DNA of 64,000 bases from an uncultured Trueperaceae bacterium (GTDB taxonomy: Bacteria; Deinococcota; Deinococci; Deinococcales; Trueperaceae), in NCBI GenBank assembly GCA_963799485.1, contig CAWCXJ010000007.1, positions 64,001-128,000 on the forward strand, given 5' to 3'. Position numbers and translations under genes: made by a program. The first letter of the stretch is position 1; each line of letters opens with the position of its first letter. Of the stretch, positions 60,228-64,000 are shown piece after piece. Under the pieces are notes generated by a model. That model had not been told where the DNA came from, did no database searches, and saw nothing but the letters and a program-made list of their open reading frames with translations.

Positions 60228-60341
60228 AAAAGCCTCCAGTTACGCCGCACGAACCCAGCCGGGGCCGTGCAGCGAGAAAAAGTTAGATACTCCCCGGCTC
60301 CAGTATATAAACCAGAACGCCCGGAACCTAGTCGGCGGATG

Positions 60342-60983
60342 TCAGCGGGTGTGCCCCCGCCCGACAACCGGCGCAAAACTGAGGCGGTGCTGCGGACTCG
60401 GGCCGTGTTCGGCGAGGGCGCGCAGATGCGCGGGGGCACCGTAGCCTTTATGCGAGGCGAACCCGTAGCGGGCGTCACGGGCGTGCAGGTCTATCATCCA
60501 CGCGTCACGCGCTGTTTTGGCGAGGATGCTCGCCGCCGCAACCTGCAGGCTTTGTGCGTCGGCTTTGGGGGGCGCGGACACCGGGCCGGGAAAGCTGAGT
60601 TTAAGGTAGTCCGTCACGAGCGCGTCTACGGGGGCCGCCAACGCAGCGAGCGCCCTGAGCGCCGCCAGATGCGTGGCGTGCAGGACGTTTACGGCGTCGA
60701 CTTCGGCGGCGCTGGCCTGCCCGACACCCCACGCCAAGGCAATTTGTTTAATCTGCGCGGCGAACACCTCGCGCTGACTCGGCAAAAGCTTTTTAGAATC
60801 GTCGAAAGGGAAATCGCCGTAAGGGAGCAAGACGGCAGCCGCAACGACCGGCCCTGCCAACGCCCCACGCCCCGCCTCATCGATTCCGGCGACGCGGGCG
60901 TAACCGCGCGCCCAGAGGAGACGCTTGAGTCCCCACCCCGCCCCCGATATAACGCCTTTCTTTTTGGCGGCTTCCGGTAGCAC
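60342..60983 (-). CDS. rnhB: Ribonuclease HII
   Basis: AGIDEAGRGALAGPVV, DSKKL, AAASILAK..RD, HKGY, HRLSF; TAGACT + 6 nt + GTG. Confidence 0.95.
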   Translation of the reverse strand: MLPEAAKKKGVISGAGWGLKRLLWARGYARVAGIDEAGRGALAGPVVAAAVLLPYGDFPFDDSKKLLPSQREVFAAQIKQIALAWGVGQASAAEVDAVNVLHATHLAALRALAALAAPVDALVTDYLKLSFPGPVSAPPKADAQSLQVAAASILAKTARDAWMIDLHARDARYGFASHKGYGAPAHLRALAEHGPSPQHRLSFAPVVGRGHTR

Positions 60984-61086
60984 CCCCAAAGTCTAACGCG
61001 CAGCCGGTGAACTTACGTTTAGCCGAAGGTGGAAATGCCCAAGCGAGCCCTGCCGCCCGGTTTGAACTCCACCAAGACCCGGCTTC

Positions 61087-62250
61087 TCAGGTCAACAGGA
61101 GATCGTCGGGCTCGAGGGGAACACTCACACTTAGCGGGATACTCAAAAAAAAGGTGCTTCCCCGCCCGACCTTGGACTCGACCCAGATTTTGCCGCCGTG
61201 CTTTTCGACGGCGAGTTTGCAAAAGGTCAACCCCATCCCCGTGTCGAAACGTTCGTGCAGCGTGTGCTGCGACTGCTCGAACGCGTTGAAGATACGCTTT
61301 TGATCCTCTTCAGGGATGCCTTCGCCGTCGTCACGTACCGACAAGACGTAAGTTTGCTCATCTTTCCAGGCGCGAAAATCGATGTGTCCCCCCGAACGGG
61401 TGTGTTTAACCGCATTGGCGAACAAGTTGGCGAGAACGCGGCGCAGCAGCGCGCTGTCGGCGTAGATACTCTCCGCCTCGGGCCGCACGATAGACGACAC
61501 CTGCCGCTCTTTAACGGACAAGCTCACATCGCCGAGCGCGGTGCGCGCAAGGTCGCTCAGGCTGTCGATCCAGGTCGGGTAGTAGGGCATATTGCCCTCT
61601 TTCATCCGCCGAACATCCAAGATATTCGCTGCCAGATTGAGGAGGTGCTGGGCCTCGCCGTGCGCCAAGCCTAGCAGTTCACGCAGGCCGTATATGTCGG
61701 ACGACGCCTTGGTGATGTCGAGCGAGTGCTCCAAAAGCCCCATTACACTCGCAATCGGGCTTTTAAGGTCGTGAACGAGCATGTGGGTGAGGTCTTCTTT
61801 GACCCGTTCGGATTCCCGGTGTGCTTGCTCGAGCTGCCGCAACCGCGAAAGTGTCTCCCGCAGACCTGCGTCCGCACGTTCACGCTCCAAAGTCTTGGCG
61901 AGATAGCGCGTGACGAGTTGCGGGGCTGTCGCGTCACCCAGGTAAAAATCCGCACCCGAGTCGAGCGCCGCCAGGTGACGCGCCAGGTCGTCCGGGCCGA
62001 AACAGACGATCTGGGTGTGGGCCAGATGTTTGCGGCGGCGCAGCAGCGCGATGAGGTCGAGCTGCGACACGCTGCTAACGACCGCGTCGTCGAGCAAGAT
62101 AACAAGCGGCGCGTGAACCCTGGTCTGGTAGAGCAGGGCTTCAGCCGAGTCGACCGGCGTCAGCGGTACGCCGAGTGCGGCAACGGCCTCGGAGAAACGT
62201 TCACGGTGGTGGGGGGGAGCTGCCCAGAGGAGGTGAGTGGCGGTGAGCAT
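61087..62250 (-). CDS. Hybrid histidine kinase (degenerate receiver + HisKA + HATPase)
   Basis: VHDLKSP, NLFANAVKH, DDGEGI, GMGLTFCK..EKHGG. Confidence 0.9.
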   Translation of the reverse strand: MLTATHLLWAAPPHHRERFSEAVAALGVPLTPVDSAEALLYQTRVHAPLVILLDDAVVSSVSQLDLIALLRRRKHLAHTQIVCFGPDDLARHLAALDSGADFYLGDATAPQLVTRYLAKTLERERADAGLRETLSRLRQLEQAHRESERVKEDLTHMLVHDLKSPIASVMGLLEHSLDITKASSDIYGLRELLGLAHGEAQHLLNLAANILDVRRMKEGNMPYYPTWIDSLSDLARTALGDVSLSVKERQVSSIVRPEAESIYADSALLRRVLANLFANAVKHTRSGGHIDFRAWKDEQTYVLSVRDDGEGIPEEDQKRIFNAFEQSQHTLHERFDTGMGLTFCKLAVEKHGGKIWVESKVGRGSTFFLSIPLSVSVPLEPDDLLLT

Positions 62251-62350
62251 GCCTCCGCAGTGTAGCAAGTGCAGGCGTACCTTTAGCCTTGAAGTGAAAG
62301 ATTTAACGCATACGCATAGGGCAAAACTTCGGCTGGTGGACCGTGTGCGT

Positions 62351-62900
62351 CTACCCTACGGGCAGGCCCTGGCTCTCGCCCTCCTCCAAATCGCTCCCCC
62401 GGACAACCGTCCAGCGGGTGTCGCTGGCAAACACCCGGCGGCACGCCTCTACCTGGTCGTCTAAGTCTGCAAAACGAGCCGTGCGTGCAAGCCAGCCGAA
62501 GACCTTGACGAACGCCCTGAGCTGCCTCGAATACACGTCGTGCCCGTCGCGCGTGATGTGCCAACCGCAAGAGAACACGAGCCGCGCCCCCGGACGTGCG
62601 TAGTCGAGCACAGCCTGCGCGGTTCCGGTCGCGTACTGCCGGGTACCCCACGGCACCAGCACCGTAAGCACCGCGTCGCAGCCTGCAACCGCTTCTTTAA
62701 TAACCTTCACGGTCGTTCGTGTCTCCCGGAACGACGCGGATACGCCCCTTAAAGCGCGCCAGCTTCCCCGCACTCCGCTCACGGCACACACCGACCACCT
62801 CGTAGCCGCGCTCGAGTGCGTGCTGCACCATGTACTGTCCGAGTTTGCCCGAAGCGCCGATGATGCACACCTTTAGCGGCTGTGCCGTTGGGTCGGGGCC
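62351..62900 (-). pseudogene. NAD(P)H-binding (flavin-reductase-like) protein, frameshifted and 3' truncated
   Basis: KVCIIGASGKLGQYMVQHALERGY.. in one frame, +1 shift near 62706, then FSCGWHI..WTVVRGSDLEEG, premature stop. Confidence 0.75.
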
Positions 62901-63031
62901 AGGGTCGACGAAGCGACGGGATACGCTCGAGTCTCTTAATTTCCGTACAGTCTCCTTACATTGCGGTGCATTACGCTAGGGTGCAACCGACCGAACCGGC
63001 TGCTCAAAACCTGCTGTCCAGCTTCCGCAAC

Positions 63032-63052
63032 CTTACAGTGTAAGATTGTCAA
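63032..63052. promoter_or_regulatory. TetR-type operator CTTACAGTGTAAG next to a minus-strand TTGACA
   Basis: Perfect 6-1-6 palindrome between divergent TetR and the oxidoreductase pseudogene. Confidence 0.65.
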
Positions 63053-63104
63053 GAAGCTGCAACGACCCCTGCATCTTCACTTCTTAAGCGTCCGGAGGCT
63101 GACT

Positions 63105-63773
63105 ATGACGACAAGACCCAACGCACACACCGAGCCTCGAGCCCCCCTCACTAAAGATCGAGTCCTGCGCGCCGCTGTCCTGCATGCCGACGACGAGGGC
63201 GTCGCGTCCTTGAGTATGCGTAAACTCGCTGAGAAGCTGGGGATTAAGGCGATGTCTTTGTACCACCACGTAGCAAACAAGGACGAGGTTTTAGACGGCA
63301 TGGTCGATCTCGTTTTTAGTGAAATCGAACTACCCGCGGGCGAAACCGACTGGAAAACGGCGATGCGACAGCGTGCGTTCTCGGCCCGTGCCGCACTTTT
63401 GCGCCACCGCTGGGCCGTCGGGCTTTTAGATTCGCGGGCTAACCCCGGCCCGACGACACTTAAACACCACGACGCGGTTATCGGCAACCTGCGAGTAGCA
63501 GGCTTTTCCGTCGTTACGGCGGCTCACGCGTTCTCGGTTCTCGACAGCTATATCTACGGCTTTACGTTGCAAGAGTCGAGCTTGCCGTTCGAGACCCCGG
63601 AGGAACTCGGGGAGGTCGCCGCAAGCATCCTCGAGCAGGCTGCTGCCGAATATCCGCACCTCACCGAGCTGACCGCCAAGCACGTCCTCAAGCCCGGTTA
63701 CGCTTACGGCGACGAGTTCGCGTTTGGCCTCGAGCTGATTTTAGACGGGCTCGAGCGGGTTCGCGGCGAGTAA
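63105..63773 (+). CDS. TetR-family regulator (TetR_C-type)
   Basis: [45 protein letters not shown]. Confidence 0.93.
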   Translation: MTTRPNAHTEPRAPLTKDRVLRAAVLHADDEGVASLSMRKLAEKLGIKAMSLYHHVANKDEVLDGMVDLVFSEIELPAGETDWKTAMRQRAFSARAALLRHRWAVGLLDSRANPGPTTLKHHDAVIGNLRVAGFSVVTAAHAFSVLDSYIYGFTLQESSLPFETPEELGEVAASILEQAAAEYPHLTELTAKHVLKPGYAYGDEFAFGLELILDGLERVRGE

Positions 63774-64000
63774 GCATGACGCAATTTTGTTTGAAAAACA
63801 GCGTTTGGTTCTGCAAGGCTTGGGGTTCAAGCGCTGTACACCGTAAACCCTATTTCTCATAATTACTTCGCGCCGCTTTTAACATTTTTCAACACCCGTA
63901 AAGCTGTGCTTGCGCGTTTGTGTTAGGTCGTGCTACGCTCTCTCTAACGATTTAACCGCGAGACGGTTACCGACTGTCTGTGAATTATTCGGTGAACTAG

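Noticed and set aside
60285..60300. GGGGAGTA upstream of ricT as a second yybP-ykoY riboswitch
   Set aside because: The CGTCA and GAGACC elements are missing.

Overview
64-kb chromosomal segment of a moderately GC-rich bacterium, most consistent with Deinococcota (Truepera-like). That call is inferred from the Thermus-type caa3 oxidase with fused subunit I/III, PSP1/RicT, and many leaderless genes. From left to right it holds: two LacI-controlled polyol uptake/dehydrogenase clusters (ribitol DH, erythritol/threitol-type DH, sorbitol/mannitol-type ABC) around miaB-NUDIX; a P450; a glyoxalase-GNAT-Fe/S operon; glpD; VIT1/ChaB/SDR; the ctaA-ctaB-coxB-coxAC-SURF1 operon; Rrf2; aceE-aceF followed by a cupredoxin; a LacI/ABC/debranching-type glucosidase cluster; terC under a yybP-ykoY Mn riboswitch; and mtnN, aspC, ndk, comF, polyprenyl synthase, ricT, rnhB, a hybrid kinase and TetR. 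The 46-59 kb part is littered with IS630, IS982 and ISAs1 debris, truncated genes (copZ, a helicase) and a lower-GC island with a disrupted lipoprotein zinc-metalloprotease plus partner lipoprotein. The most notable non-gene signals are: strong over-representation of the palindrome CTCGAG (one copy sits at a gene/IS deletion junction), a dispersed heptamer-repeat hairpin family with a compensatory change, 39-42 bp hairpin insertions inside dead transposases, and a 4x repeat plus hairpin upstream of aceE. No rRNA, tRNA or CRISPR array was seen. All calls come from reading the sequence; no database search was run.
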